IMG/VR virus record: IMGVR_UViG_3300042883_000874
Span: 37,923-101,922 of that record
DNA from: a virus
DNA length: 64,000 nucleotides
Reading direction: 5' to 3' (one strand)
The translations under genes and the position numbers were made by a program. The notes under the pieces were generated by a model, which worked only from the letters and a program-made list of their open reading frames with translations, made no database searches and was not told where the DNA came from. This document shows positions 39,637-49,257 of this stretch, one piece after another (the stretch's first letter is position 1; each line of letters begins with the position of its first letter).

Positions 39637-39661
39637 AAAGGGGAGTTATTAGCTCCCCTTG
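39637..39661 (-). terminator. Intrinsic terminator
   Basis: AAGGGGAG..CTCCCCTT hairpin with U tail. Confidence 0.7.
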
Positions 39662-39667
39662 TTAATA

Positions 39668-40378
39668 TTAAAGATCAAAGTCTGCTCCTGAATTTGTGAT
39701 AAGACCACCTGATGCATCTAATGTATCAGTAGCATCTCCAAATTCACTAACAGCTGTAACTGCTTTTCTTTTAATGTGAGTACCTTCTGCAAACTTTATA
39801 AGTTTACTTGGTTCAGCAGTTAAAGATTCAACAGGTACACCATCTTTGCTATATTTTGGTAAATACAAATCATAGCTGTTATATCCAGCTTTGTTTTGAT
39901 ATTCTTTACCTGCAATACAGAAATTAAATAAAGTGTCTTTGTAAGGCTTGTCTGTACCAAAAGCTTTAAACAATGATTCAACTGTATCATGTTTATTGTC
40001 TTGCTTATCTAACCAAGAATCACAACCTAAGCTAATACACAATTGTTTAAGAGCTTTTAATAATTCTTTATCTCTGCTTACAGCAATACCAGATTTAGTT
40101 TCACCATCAGCAAAAGCCCATTCAGTTAATTTAACTGTACCTACTTTTCCAGCATGTCTACCTAATTCAGGCTTGTCTTTGTTAATAAAGAAGCCTTCAA
40201 ATGCATCACCCATTGATTCACTTTCTAAACTTAATAAAACATTATATGCACCTTCCTTGTATTTAAAATCCTCAAGGGCTACATTGTTAATTTTACATTT
40301 TTGAGATCCTGGTTCTAATGTTTTAGCAACTCCTTCTCCACCAACTTTGATGTCTTTTGTACTTAATTTTCCGCTCAT
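39668..40378 (-). CDS. Putative ssDNA-binding protein
   Basis: Between recombinase and primase; acidic-aromatic C-terminal tail (GADFDL). Confidence 0.5.
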   Translation of the reverse strand: MSGKLSTKDIKVGGEGVAKTLEPGSQKCKINNVALEDFKYKEGAYNVLLSLESESMGDAFEGFFINKDKPELGRHAGKVGTVKLTEWAFADGETKSGIAVSRDKELLKALKQLCISLGCDSWLDKQDNKHDTVESLFKAFGTDKPYKDTLFNFCIAGKEYQNKAGYNSYDLYLPKYSKDGVPVESLTAEPSKLIKFAEGTHIKRKAVTAVSEFGDATDTLDASGGLITNSGADFDL

Positions 40379-40406
40379 GTTATTTATTTTTTATGTTATT
40401 ATGTTA

Positions 40407-41036
40407 TTATTTAACTTCTGTATAATTTGTATCTACTACTTCTGAGATTGTACCATCATCATTTCTTTTAACTTGTTCTTCTTTTAAGAAAGTATCAGCA
40501 AGTTCTTCTGCAGTATACAAACCTAGTAACATATCAGCACCAATTCTATTAGCACCTTTAGCAAGACATCTAGCATAAAGCATTTCTCTTGGCATTCTTG
40601 TCCAGTTATCCTTACTAGTTAAACCTTGAAGAGTAGCATCTTTCCATGTAAATGAACATGTTTCATTCATACCATCTCTAGTAAAAACAATTGTAGTTCT
40701 TCTATCACTTGGCTTAGTACCATCAGGTTTTGGTGATATAATATCTGTAGATCCATCAGGATAAACATATACACCATCTTCTTTAGTATAAAACTTTATA
40801 TTACCTCTTCTTAGTAATGCACCAATTGCTTTAGCACTTAAACTTAATCTACCTTGAATAGGTATGATATAGTGAAATGCTTGCATTGTTGGAAAGCCTA
40901 ATTCTTTACCCATTTGAGCAATAGTAAAAGCTTCTTCTACAGTTTTAATATGAGAAGGTAACTTCTTTGAGTCAATTAAGGTAGTCAGAAACTTACTTAA
41001 GTCTGCTTCTGTTTTGATTACTTCATTATTTTCCAT
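40407..41036 (-). CDS. RecT/Sak-like single-strand annealing recombinase
   Basis: GKELGFPTMQA..IQGRLSL; NWTRMPREMLYARC; LGLYTAEEL. Confidence 0.75.
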   Translation of the reverse strand: MENNEVIKTEADLSKFLTTLIDSKKLPSHIKTVEEAFTIAQMGKELGFPTMQAFHYIIPIQGRLSLSAKAIGALLRRGNIKFYTKEDGVYVYPDGSTDIISPKPDGTKPSDRRTTIVFTRDGMNETCSFTWKDATLQGLTSKDNWTRMPREMLYARCLAKGANRIGADMLLGLYTAEELADTFLKEEQVKRNDDGTISEVVDTNYTEVK

Positions 41037-41611
41037 TATTTATTTTTTATTATGTTATTAAGCCATTCTTTTTTACTAACTGGTTTGTTCAATAATATTG
41101 CTGCAAGATCTAGCATAGTCATCTCATTAATAGGAGGATCTAAGCTTAAATCTGGCAAGTCAAAGTCAGTTTCAATAGTCTTTGTCTCTATCTTTTTTGT
41201 TTTAACTGGAGGAGCAATAGGGGCTTCTACAGTAGGTTCAGAAATACTATATTTCTTAATTAATTTTAATTCATCTACAGGTACAAGATATCTTATGTGT
41301 CCTGTTACTGCAGCTGGTTCTGTTTTTTCATACTCCTCATCAAAGTGAGGGTTGAATCTCCATAAATATAAAGCTCTCTCTATATCTTCTGGAACATTGT
41401 CTCTATTTGTGAACTCAATAAAAAGATCTTGTCCTCTACTAATTTCACTGTGAAAAAAACTGATATGTACTTCAGTCTTTCCTGTAGGCCTATAGGCCAT
41501 TTTTGGTATAATGATACTATCAGCATCACCATTTTCCAACATTGCTTTACTATGAAAATCTTTAATTAATTTAAGATTCTCTTTTTTGTCTAATCCATAG
41601 GTTATTATCAT
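41036..41611 (-). CDS. Hypothetical protein
   Basis: ORF in operon context. Confidence 0.6.
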   Translation of the reverse strand: MIITYGLDKKENLKLIKDFHSKAMLENGDADSIIIPKMAYRPTGKTEVHISFFHSEISRGQDLFIEFTNRDNVPEDIERALYLWRFNPHFDEEYEKTEPAAVTGHIRYLVPVDELKLIKKYSISEPTVEAPIAPPVKTKKIETKTIETDFDLPDLSLDPPINEMTMLDLAAILLNKPVSKKEWLNNIIKNK

Positions 41612-42597
41612 ATTCTTACTTTTCTTACTTGTTGTGGAGGTGTTGGTATTTCTACAATACTCATTTTTTTATACTCAGTTTTAAAGAAAGCTATGCCTGT
41701 TTCACCATTTCTTGACTTAAGAAAATGCATAGCTAGTATTGATTTATCTGAATTTATAATATATCTTTCTACACCATAATAAATAATTTTTTGTTTACCT
41801 GGTCTATTAAGGCCTATTAATGTATCTGCATGTTGAAGCAAAGCATCTGCTCCAAATAAATCAGATTCTAAAATAAAGTTACCATACTTTCCATCTTCAT
41901 TTCTCTCAGGGCTGTCAATATTTCTATTAAGTTGACTAACTATTATAAAAGCAATTGGGTATCTTCTCTTAAGAGTTGTTACCATTTCTCCTAATGAATA
42001 TAGAGTGTCATAAACATCTTTTTCAAAAGGAGCTCTCTTTAGTAAAATAGAGTGATCTAATGTAATTATAGTATTTGTATAAATTCTTTTACCATCTTTG
42101 TCTAAACTAGAATGTTGAAGCATGTATTCTTCAATGATTTCTTTAAACTCTAATATGTTACAGGGTTCATCTACTATGTCAATAGGATACTTTATTTGTT
42201 CTTTAGCAAATGCTCTACAAGCTTCAAATTCTTCATCACTTAATCTTTCATCAGCACTACATAGTTCTTTATAACTTTTTCCTGTATGTCCTGAGTATGC
42301 TCTAATTGCAGATACTCTACCTACCATCTCAAACTGAAATTCTAAAACTCTAAAAGACATTAAAGGATTACATTTAAATGCTCCTCTTACTAATAAATCT
42401 TTAACAACAGTTTTACCAGTAGCTGGTCTAGCTCCAATAACAGTAGTAGAATGCCATTCTATACCATTAACTGTTGCTTCATTAAAAGAAGCCCAAGGAG
42501 TTTTAATACTAGTAATTTTTCCATGCATTCTGCCTTGTAGATAAGCCAAGGATTCCACAAAGCCCTCTTTCTGAGTCTTCCATTTTACTTTTGCCAT
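41608..42597 (-). CDS. dnaB: DnaB-like replicative helicase (C-terminal ATPase domain only)
   Basis: GARPATGKT, FQFEM, TLDH, SQLNR, ADALLQHAD, KSRNG. Confidence 0.9.
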   Translation of the reverse strand: MAKVKWKTQKEGFVESLAYLQGRMHGKITSIKTPWASFNEATVNGIEWHSTTVIGARPATGKTVVKDLLVRGAFKCNPLMSFRVLEFQFEMVGRVSAIRAYSGHTGKSYKELCSADERLSDEEFEACRAFAKEQIKYPIDIVDEPCNILEFKEIIEEYMLQHSSLDKDGKRIYTNTIITLDHSILLKRAPFEKDVYDTLYSLGEMVTTLKRRYPIAFIIVSQLNRNIDSPERNEDGKYGNFILESDLFGADALLQHADTLIGLNRPGKQKIIYYGVERYIINSDKSILAMHFLKSRNGETGIAFFKTEYKKMSIVEIPTPPQQVRKVRI

Positions 42598-42632
42598 GTA
42601 TTTTGATTATTTGTTGGTTTTTTTTCTTTAAG

Positions 42633-42663
42633 CAAACTTACTTAAAAACTTTAATATTTCAAA
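42633..42663 (-). promoter_or_regulatory. Bacteroidota primary-sigma promoter for the helicase operon
   Basis: TTTG-N19-TAAGTTTG. Confidence 0.75.
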
Positions 42664-42696
42664 TACTTTTTTACAAGTACTTGATAATCAATTGCA

Positions 42697-43320
42697 TTAT
42701 TTACCAAATACTTTTTCAGTAAAGATTGGTTCTTTGAACTCTTCACCATTAAGTACTAAATCACAATAAGCAGCTAAATCAGATGACCATGACTTATCAG
42801 ATTCTTGCTTTCTAATGAAATATTTAGAAGTTCTGGTGTATTTATATCCTTTAGCTTCTTCAGCCTCAAGATATAACTCAGTTGCATCTAATATTACATC
42901 CCAAGCATAATCATGCTCTGTAAAGAACCATCTAAAAGAAGTAATAATCTCTTTGATTGGGGCTCTAGCAGGCTTGTTACTACCTAGTTTCATTCTAGGA
43001 AATAAAGTATTATACTTTTCTGCATTAGTATCAAAGTCATCACCCATAATTGAGTTATCAGACTTCTTAAGCTGTACTGCAAAATAAGATTCCATCTTAC
43101 TGATTAAACTCATACTTTTAGGTTCTAAAAGATAAAGTTTATCATTTTGTGTAAGCCAGGCATTCTGTATTAATAATCTTAGTTCTTGATGAACATTGAT
43201 ATTAGGAGGAGCTATACTATAATGAATGCAATAAAGTAGGTAAAATTGGTTAGGAGTTAGTTTCTCCTCTGTCATGTTGTTGAATAATATCAACAAGTTC
43301 ATCTGTTTCTTTAAAGCCAT
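42697..43320 (-). CDS. Hypothetical protein, possible replication initiator or helicase loader
   Basis: N-terminal wHTH-like pattern; lies directly upstream of dnaB. Confidence 0.45.
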   Translation of the reverse strand: MALKKQMNLLILFNNMTEEKLTPNQFYLLYCIHYSIAPPNINVHQELRLLIQNAWLTQNDKLYLLEPKSMSLISKMESYFAVQLKKSDNSIMGDDFDTNAEKYNTLFPRMKLGSNKPARAPIKEIITSFRWFFTEHDYAWDVILDATELYLEAEEAKGYKYTRTSKYFIRKQESDKSWSSDLAAYCDLVLNGEEFKEPIFTEKVFGK

Positions 43321-43729
43321 CTTCTATTTCTTTTAGTATTGTTAAGGTTGTTTCTTCTTTAATTTCAATAAAGTTTTTTATTTTACTTATACCATGTAAA
43401 ACATTTGAATGATTAAATCCAAAATATTTACTAATACCTACTAAAGTATAGCCCATATTGTGAAGATGATAAAACATAGCTTGTCTGTAACATATTAAAT
43501 CTCTATCTCTAACTCTTTGTTTTACTGTATAAACATCACCAAACTTCTTATACATTACAAAATTAACAATTTTCTCAACATCTTGTAGGGATAGAGGTCT
43601 GAGTTTGTTATTTCTATTTAAATAAAGCACTTTAGGTTGTGTTCCATACTTTGAATAAAAGTTATCACAAAAAATTTTTACATCTTCTTCTTGCTCTTTT
43701 TCAAGCTTTTTCATTTCATTTGTTACCAT
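43250..43729 (-). CDS. DnaA domain IV-like HTH protein
   Basis: R.RDLICYRQAMFY...TLVGISKYFGFNHSNVLHGISKI resembles the DnaA C-terminal signature. Confidence 0.75.
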   Translation of the reverse strand: MVTNEMKKLEKEQEEDVKIFCDNFYSKYGTQPKVLYLNRNNKLRPLSLQDVEKIVNFVMYKKFGDVYTVKQRVRDRDLICYRQAMFYHLHNMGYTLVGISKYFGFNHSNVLHGISKIKNFIEIKEETTLTILKEIEDGFKETDELVDIIQQHDRGETNS

Positions 43730-44439
43730 GTTATTTCTTGGTTAAATTGTTTTTTTGTAAGCATATTTACTTTATTAAATACATCATTACAGTCCCAAGA
43801 TAGTAATTCCTTGTAAGCTGCTGATGCTGGGTGACTTGTAAATATCTTCTCTGAATACTCCGGTACTGATTCTGCCCATTCTTGAGCTTTCTTACCCATA
43901 AATACATAGATTAAGTTAGGGTTATTAACACTAAGAAAATCAAATAAGAATGTTAAGAAAGGTCTCCAAAGTTCATAGTGAGTTCCTGTTTTATGAATTG
44001 TAGTTGTTAAAGCACAATTTAACATAAGTACTCCTTGATTAGACCATCTTGCCAAGTCAGCATCACCTGTATAAGTTTCATGATATACTGTTTCTTCTAA
44101 AGCTTTAAACATATATCTCAATGATGCTTCAGGTTTACCAATATTACTACATGAAAATGCTATACCATCCGCTACATATATTTGAGGATAAGGGTCTTGT
44201 CCTATTAGTACAACTTTTAATTTGTCTAATGGACATTCCTCAAATGCTCTAAACATCTGCTTTACTGGTGGTGTGAATCTTTTGTCGGCTCTTGCCTCTG
44301 CTAGTAATGTATTAAGAATCTTATCATATTCACTACTAAGAATAAAAGTTTTTAACTTATCTCCCCAGCCTGAATTCTTTAAGTTCTCATACAATTTTGT
44401 TTTTACTTCTTCTAAATTTACTGAATCTAGTGTGCTCAT
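43723..44439 (-). CDS. ung: Uracil-DNA glycosylase, family 1
   Basis: VVLIGQDPYP, ADGIAFS, WSNQGVLMLN, SHPAS. Confidence 0.95.
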   Translation of the reverse strand: MSTLDSVNLEEVKTKLYENLKNSGWGDKLKTFILSSEYDKILNTLLAEARADKRFTPPVKQMFRAFEECPLDKLKVVLIGQDPYPQIYVADGIAFSCSNIGKPEASLRYMFKALEETVYHETYTGDADLARWSNQGVLMLNCALTTTIHKTGTHYELWRPFLTFLFDFLSVNNPNLIYVFMGKKAQEWAESVPEYSEKIFTSHPASAAYKELLSWDCNDVFNKVNMLTKKQFNQEITW

Positions 44440-44452
44440 ATTATTTTTTTTG

Positions 44453-44460
44453 TATATTTG
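44453..44460 (+). promoter_or_regulatory. -7 promoter element (TATATTTG)
   Basis: 4 nt before ATG 44465; TGTG 18 nt upstream. Confidence 0.6.
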
Positions 44461-44464
44461 CTGT

Positions 44465-44770
44465 ATGGAAGAAACTATTAAATATAAAACATTACCTCCT
44501 GATGCTCTTATTAATATAGAGGTATCAGGTACTTTTTACAAAAAACTTACTAATTTATTATTAGCATTAGGAGAGTCAGTTCCAGCTGAAGAATTTCAGG
44601 CTGTACTTGAAAAAATAAAAACTGATGAGCCACCTAAAGATATTTTTGAAGTTAATGTACATTTAATAATAGCTTTAATTTATGAAATTGAAACTAAAGC
44701 TGTAGCCCAAAACAAAATAAAAGAAATTGAAGTTAATGCTGAAACAGGAAAGCCTGTTACCGAAAGTTAA
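44465..44770 (+). CDS. Hypothetical protein (MEETIKYKTL...), lone plus-strand gene in the module
   Basis: Fills the gap between minus-strand genes and has its own promoter; the track start at 44222 overlaps ung. Confidence 0.7.
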   Translation: MEETIKYKTLPPDALINIEVSGTFYKKLTNLLLALGESVPAEEFQAVLEKIKTDEPPKDIFEVNVHLIIALIYEIETKAVAQNKIKEIEVNAETGKPVTES

Positions 44771-45146
44771 TATTAACAAAATCTCCTCTTTGTATTAAAG
44801 TCTGTATTGTTAGACTTAGCTCATCTTTAGAGCAATCTGCAAATGATTTATATTCTATTTCACCATTTACTTCTGATGAGAGGCCACTAGCTGTTTTTAT
44901 GTCTCTTTCCATATCTTCAAATGTATCACCTATTTCTTTAGCTAATTCTCTGATACACACTTTAATTTTAGAAATTTGTGTATATGTACCATCTGTTAGA
45001 TTAGCCTCAAAGAATACTTGAACTAAATGATCTTCTGATAAGCTACTTAAAAATAATTTATACAAGCCTTCATCATTAGGATTTTTATAAATAAGCTTGT
45101 TTCCAGACTTCTTTAATATTACACTATGTATGGCTTCTTGACTCAT
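44757..45146 (-). CDS. Hypothetical protein, possibly NinB-like
   Basis: IRELAKEIGDTFEDM...KSFADCSKDEL pattern. Confidence 0.5.
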   Translation of the reverse strand: MSQEAIHSVILKKSGNKLIYKNPNDEGLYKLFLSSLSEDHLVQVFFEANLTDGTYTQISKIKVCIRELAKEIGDTFEDMERDIKTASGLSSEVNGEIEYKSFADCSKDELSLTIQTLIQRGDFVNINFR

Positions 45147-45259
45147 TTTGTATTAGGATTTGTTTTTTTCCATGCTGACTTTGCTGCTTTTAAAGCTGCT
45201 TTTTCTTCTTTAGTTTTCTTAAATAACTCTCCACCTTTTATTGCTTTTACTTCTGACAT
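45143..45259 (-). CDS. Small basic peptide, 38 aa (MSEVKAIKGGELF...)
   Basis: Translated by hand; ATGA overlap with the next gene. Confidence 0.5.
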   Translation of the reverse strand: MSEVKAIKGGELFKKTKEEKAALKAAKSAWKKTNPNTK

Positions 45260-45282
45260 TTTATTTGTTTTAATTGTTAATA

Positions 45283-45537
45283 TTACATACCCCAATAACC
45301 TCTTGGATCTTCTTCAATTAAGGTATCTTTGGTTGCATAATCCCAACCCCAAGATCCTTCATCATTTTCATAAGAATTTTCAATCCACTTTTGTAAAGAT
45401 TCTATATCTTTAAATGATGTATTGTTAGCAGCACTACAGCCATCACAATCAGTAGACCAATAGTTAATATAGATTATACCATTAGCTAACAATTGTTTTA
45501 AGCCTTCATTTTCTGCTTCTAAACTTAAATGTTTCAT
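45283..45537 (-). CDS. Hypothetical protein with DCDGC motif
   Basis: ORF. Confidence 0.55.
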   Translation of the reverse strand: MKHLSLEAENEGLKQLLANGIIYINYWSTDCDGCSAANNTSFKDIESLQKWIENSYENDEGSWGWDYATKDTLIEEDPRGYWGM

Positions 45538-45538
45538 A

Positions 45539-45790
45539 TTAATAGTTTTCTTGTTTACTTGTGAATATTAACATTTTATTCTTTTCCTTGATAGCTTCTA
45601 ATCTTGCTTTATCAAGTTCTAAGATGCATTCTCCACCTAATTCTAAGTCTGTTTCTATTTCTTCTCTTTCAATGATTAAGCTTCTTATTGTTCTAGACAA
45701 GCCTTTTGTTTCTGACTGATTAGCCAAAATTGTTTCTACATGCTTTAAGAATAATGTATCCTTAGCATAATCTTTTAAATTAATTTTCAT
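45539..45790 (-). CDS. Hypothetical protein
   Basis: ORF. Confidence 0.5.
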   Translation of the reverse strand: MKINLKDYAKDTLFLKHVETILANQSETKGLSRTIRSLIIEREEIETDLELGGECILELDKARLEAIKEKNKMLIFTSKQENY

Positions 45791-46104
45791 TCTGAGTAGT
45801 ATTGATTAAGTTCATGTACTTCATTTTTAGCTTCTTCTAGAATTTTTTCTAAAGCTGCTTCTATGTCCCAGTCTTGAGTTACTGGTAAGCCAAATCTATT
45901 GGCTGCAAAAAACTGATAAGGAAAGTATGCATCAATATTAAGTTCTTCTAACTTAAAACCTACCATACCACCTTGAATCAATAATTTTGCTACTTTAGTT
46001 ACTGTGTATGTCTGCCCTTCTACTAACCATTTAGAGTTAGGAATATCATTGGGCTTACTCTTGTTGTCCAAGCATATCACTTGGAAGGGTGTCTTCATTT
46101 CCAT
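45787..46104 (-). CDS. Hypothetical protein (SH3-like beta pattern)
   Basis: VICLD...WLVEGQTYTV...ANRF. Confidence 0.55.
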   Translation of the reverse strand: MEMKTPFQVICLDNKSKPNDIPNSKWLVEGQTYTVTKVAKLLIQGGMVGFKLEELNIDAYFPYQFFAANRFGLPVTQDWDIEAALEKILEEAKNEVHELNQYYSE

Positions 46105-46387
46105 CTTCTTCTGGTTCTATGTAGTTAGGATTCCATTGTGGGTCTGTTGACTCTTCAGGTACATAATGACCTTTTTCAGTTGATTGTAATCTTAAGTTTT
46201 TGTGATAGGTTTCTTCATCATCTTCATGTAGACTATGAGAAGACTGTCCTGTAGGGATAAAGTCCTCATCACATTGATATAAAGTAATATCTAAGAATTG
46301 TTTTACACCCTCATCATTAGTTAAGTGTGCAGGTAGAGTCATAAACTTCATTTTTATGTCACCTATTTGTATTGCTGTTGTTGCCAT
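46055..46387 (-). CDS. Hypothetical protein, probably leaderless
   Basis: TATATTTG (46392-46399) 4 nt before ATG. Confidence 0.6.
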   Translation of the reverse strand: MATTAIQIGDIKMKFMTLPAHLTNDEGVKQFLDITLYQCDEDFIPTGQSSHSLHEDDEETYHKNLRLQSTEKGHYVPEESTDPQWNPNYIEPEEDGNEDTLPSDMLGQQE

Positions 46388-46399
46388 GTTGCAAATATA

Positions 46400-46651
46400 T
46401 TAAAATCTTTTAATTGTTACCTTATAAAATTTAATATTTGCTATTGGGCTTAAATCAACTTCAGTAGCTTCAATTAATTTATGAGGATAAGGTTGCTTTG
46501 TTAATGTTTTAAATGTAGTTTCATTAAGATTACTCTTGTAATCCCATGATCCATGCCACTTAATAGTTGTACCCCGGTTGATGGGAGTTTCTATTGTTCT
46601 TAGTTCTGAGTTTTGCATTAAGATATGCTCATCAAGTTTAGGTAAATCCAT
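46400..46651 (-). CDS. Hypothetical protein
   Basis: ORF. Confidence 0.5.
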   Translation of the reverse strand: MDLPKLDEHILMQNSELRTIETPINRGTTIKWHGSWDYKSNLNETTFKTLTKQPYPHKLIEATEVDLSPIANIKFYKVTIKRF

Positions 46652-46652
46652 G

Positions 46653-46943
46653 TTATTCTATTTTTACTGATAAATGATTCTCTTGTAATGCTTCATAAAT
46701 AGGTTTAAGCTTTTTCTGACTACCATGTTTTATATCACATTTACCATTATTGTGTACAATAGATGCTATTTGTTCAGCTTGTTCAATAGAATGATTGCAG
46801 TATAATATTAAACATTCAATAACATGTTCAAATGAATTTACATCATCATTATAAAGAATTATAGCTTTACTAGGTTCAGTCATCTCTTTAATTTCAGCTT
46901 CAAGCTGTTTCTCCACTATTGGGTCCAGGGTTATTGTTTCCAT
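46653..46943 (-). CDS. clpS: ClpS-like adaptor protein
   Basis: ILYNDDVNSFEHVI...AEQIASIVHNNGKC. Confidence 0.9.
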   Translation of the reverse strand: METITLDPIVEKQLEAEIKEMTEPSKAIILYNDDVNSFEHVIECLILYCNHSIEQAEQIASIVHNNGKCDIKHGSQKKLKPIYEALQENHLSVKIE

Positions 46944-47229
46944 CTTTTGATTTTTTAATTACTTGATCTCTTACATCATAAGTTAAGTCCATTAACAAGT
47001 CATATATTTCTTGCTGTTCCATTGAGGTAGTACTACCTTCTTTATAGTTAGTAAGTTTGTTCAAGGCTTCTTCATATTCTTTTACAGTAGAAAACAGTTT
47101 TTTAAAATAATGTTTAAACTGAAACCTATGCTCTGGTAATGTATGAATTAATTCTGATAAACATCTAACATGTGCAAGCATTAATGTGATGTTAAGGGCA
47201 TCATCTTGTTTTAAATTTTGGTGGCTCAT
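46900..47229 (-). CDS. Hypothetical protein
   Basis: ORF. Confidence 0.5.
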   Translation of the reverse strand: MSHQNLKQDDALNITLMLAHVRCLSELIHTLPEHRFQFKHYFKKLFSTVKEYEEALNKLTNYKEGSTTSMEQQEIYDLLMDLTYDVRDQVIKKSKDGNNNPGPNSGETA

Positions 47230-48308
47230 ATCCAGGTTATTTTTGTTTGGTCATAATCTTCTAATGCTTTAATTACCCAATCTTCATCTATAGTATTTAT
47301 ATAACATAATACATGTATTGTAGATTTATCATTTGGGTTTAATCTTAAAAGCCTACCTATTCTTTGACTAGCTTTTCTTTCATTACCATAAGCATGCATA
47401 ATTATACCTATTTTAAGATTAGGAATATTAATACCTTCTGATAACTGTAATACACAGCTTAACTCATCAATTTTTCCATCTTTAAAGTCTTCTAGATTGT
47501 ATTCAGAATTAGGATTACCACTATGATAACTATTATCACATAATCTATCAGCTTGTTCTTGAGTATTAGCAAACAGTAAAGTTTTCTCAGTAGTAGACAT
47601 CAACAAATTTTTAGCATAAGCTTCCTTAGTAGGAAAGTTCATTATGGCTTTCATTCTCATGATTCTCATCATATGAATTTCTTTATCACTACTAGCTCTA
47701 TGACATCTACCAGTCCAATATTTGTAATTAGCTGATTCTGATGTGTAAAAGAACTTTGGTGCTTTGCCTGCTTTCATGTTTTGTTTTGTGTCTAGTTCTA
47801 AGGTGTGCACTATAATTTTATAATCATTAAGAATATTATCTTCTATTGCAGTATCTGTTTCATATTTGTATACTACTGGAATAAATTGCTTAAACATCTT
47901 TCCTTTTTCTGATTGTTCAATTTTTGGTGGTGTACCTGTTAATCCTATTAAGATGCCTTGATAATCATTTAACCACAATGAATGTGATTTTAACAAAGAA
48001 TGAGCCTCATCTAAATATACTGCTTGATAATCTATATCTTGATTTATAAGTGATAAATAAGTACTAAAAGTAATATGAGATATTAAATACTCCATATCAA
48101 ACTTTTTAGCATCATCTTTCCATGATTGAAATATGGAAATTTTTGGAGCAACTACAAGAAAGAAAGCATTATCATCATACAAAGAAGCCATATGTTTTAA
48201 TCCTACTAATGTTTTACCAGTTCCTACTGACATAGCCACAGTTCCTCTTTTTACTTTACTTAAAGCATCTAGTGCTTCTGCTTGTATTTGATCTTTAGTT
48301 TTTTTCAT
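47226..48308 (-). CDS. Superfamily 2 DExH helicase
   Basis: GTGKT, DEAH, LTGTP, EGINIP, QRIGRLLR. Confidence 0.9.
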   Translation of the reverse strand: MKKTKDQIQAEALDALSKVKRGTVAMSVGTGKTLVGLKHMASLYDDNAFFLVVAPKISIFQSWKDDAKKFDMEYLISHITFSTYLSLINQDIDYQAVYLDEAHSLLKSHSLWLNDYQGILIGLTGTPPKIEQSEKGKMFKQFIPVVYKYETDTAIEDNILNDYKIIVHTLELDTKQNMKAGKAPKFFYTSESANYKYWTGRCHRASSDKEIHMMRIMRMKAIMNFPTKEAYAKNLLMSTTEKTLLFANTQEQADRLCDNSYHSGNPNSEYNLEDFKDGKIDELSCVLQLSEGINIPNLKIGIIMHAYGNERKASQRIGRLLRLNPNDKSTIHVLCYINTIDEDWVIKALEDYDQTKITWI

Positions 48309-48507
48309 TAATATTCATTTTTATTGTATGATTTTTACATAAGGTTACATCATTACTATTGTAATGTTTAATAACACCAGTTTGTTCAAGAGCTACAACA
48401 AATATTGTGTTTTCATGTACACCATAGTCCATAAGAAATAGAACTTGCCCATCTCCATGAGGTGTAGTAACCCACATTATTTGCTGTAATTCATGAATAA
48501 CTGTCAT
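48295..48507 (-). CDS. Small phage protein
   Basis: WVTTPHGDG...DYG motif. Confidence 0.6.
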   Translation of the reverse strand: MTVIHELQQIMWVTTPHGDGQVLFLMDYGVHENTIFVVALEQTGVIKHYNSNDVTLCKNHTIKMNINEKN

Positions 48508-48512
48508 AATAT

Positions 48513-49064
48513 TTAGTCTTCTGTAAAGTTAGGAATAATCTCTGTAAAACCAATAGGAGGCTCTTTCATGACACTTATTCTGTCTCTTGCCCAAGTTCCT
48601 ACTAATTCTTTATTATCTCCATGATAGTCTCCACCACCTCTTCCATTTCCTTCTGCTGTTAGTAAAGGTAAAGGATGAACCCTCATATTATTTACATTCC
48701 AATTTCCATTTATAGGTTTACATCTAGTTTTATCTACAAACTCTTGTCTGTCCCAATTAACTAAATAATGATAATTTGGTGGTATAGCTTCAATAAGCAT
48801 TCCAAGTTTATTTTTATCTTGAGATGATTCATATAGAGTCTCACCTTCCTTTGCTTCAGGATCAGCATAATCTCCAGCCCATACTATTCTTTGACCAGCC
48901 CATCTTGACTTATCTTCACCATCATCTAATAGTAAAAACTCTACAGTTTCTACAAAATTATTAGTTAGGTAAGAATGCTCCATAAGTTTAGCTCCATTAT
49001 CAAAATCATGAGGTTGAATCCATTCCATTGTATCAGTATTTATTGCTATGTAATATTGCCCCAT
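48513..49064 (-). CDS. Phage protein with MGQYY N-terminus
   Basis: MGQYY...GAKLMEH...WAGDY...GRGGGDY...GTWARD. Confidence 0.65.
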   Translation of the reverse strand: MGQYYIAINTDTMEWIQPHDFDNGAKLMEHSYLTNNFVETVEFLLLDDGEDKSRWAGQRIVWAGDYADPEAKEGETLYESSQDKNKLGMLIEAIPPNYHYLVNWDRQEFVDKTRCKPINGNWNVNNMRVHPLPLLTAEGNGRGGGDYHGDNKELVGTWARDRISVMKEPPIGFTEIIPNFTED

Positions 49065-49065
49065 A

Positions 49066-49233
49066 TTACATAAAGAATGGCCATAATAAACCTTTAAATT
49101 CTCCTACAAAAGGACCTATAAATAGAGTACTGATAAATCCATGATCTTGTGCCCAGTCATACCAAAATACAAGAGTCATTATTTGTGATATAATGAAGTA
49201 TAGCCAAGCTAAAACATATAATATTGATTGCAT
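49066..49233 (-). CDS. Small membrane protein, 55 aa
   Basis: Translated by hand: MQSIIYVLAWLYFIISQ...LWPFFM. Confidence 0.55.
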   Translation of the reverse strand: MQSILYVLAWLYFIISQIMTLVFWYDWAQDHGFISTLFIGPFVGEFKGLLWPFFM

Positions 49234-49257
49234 AATTTGTTTTTTTAAAGTTTATAA

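Noticed and set aside
44222-44464. N-terminal extension of the plus-strand ORF
   Set aside because: Antisense to ung; the promoter points to ATG 44465
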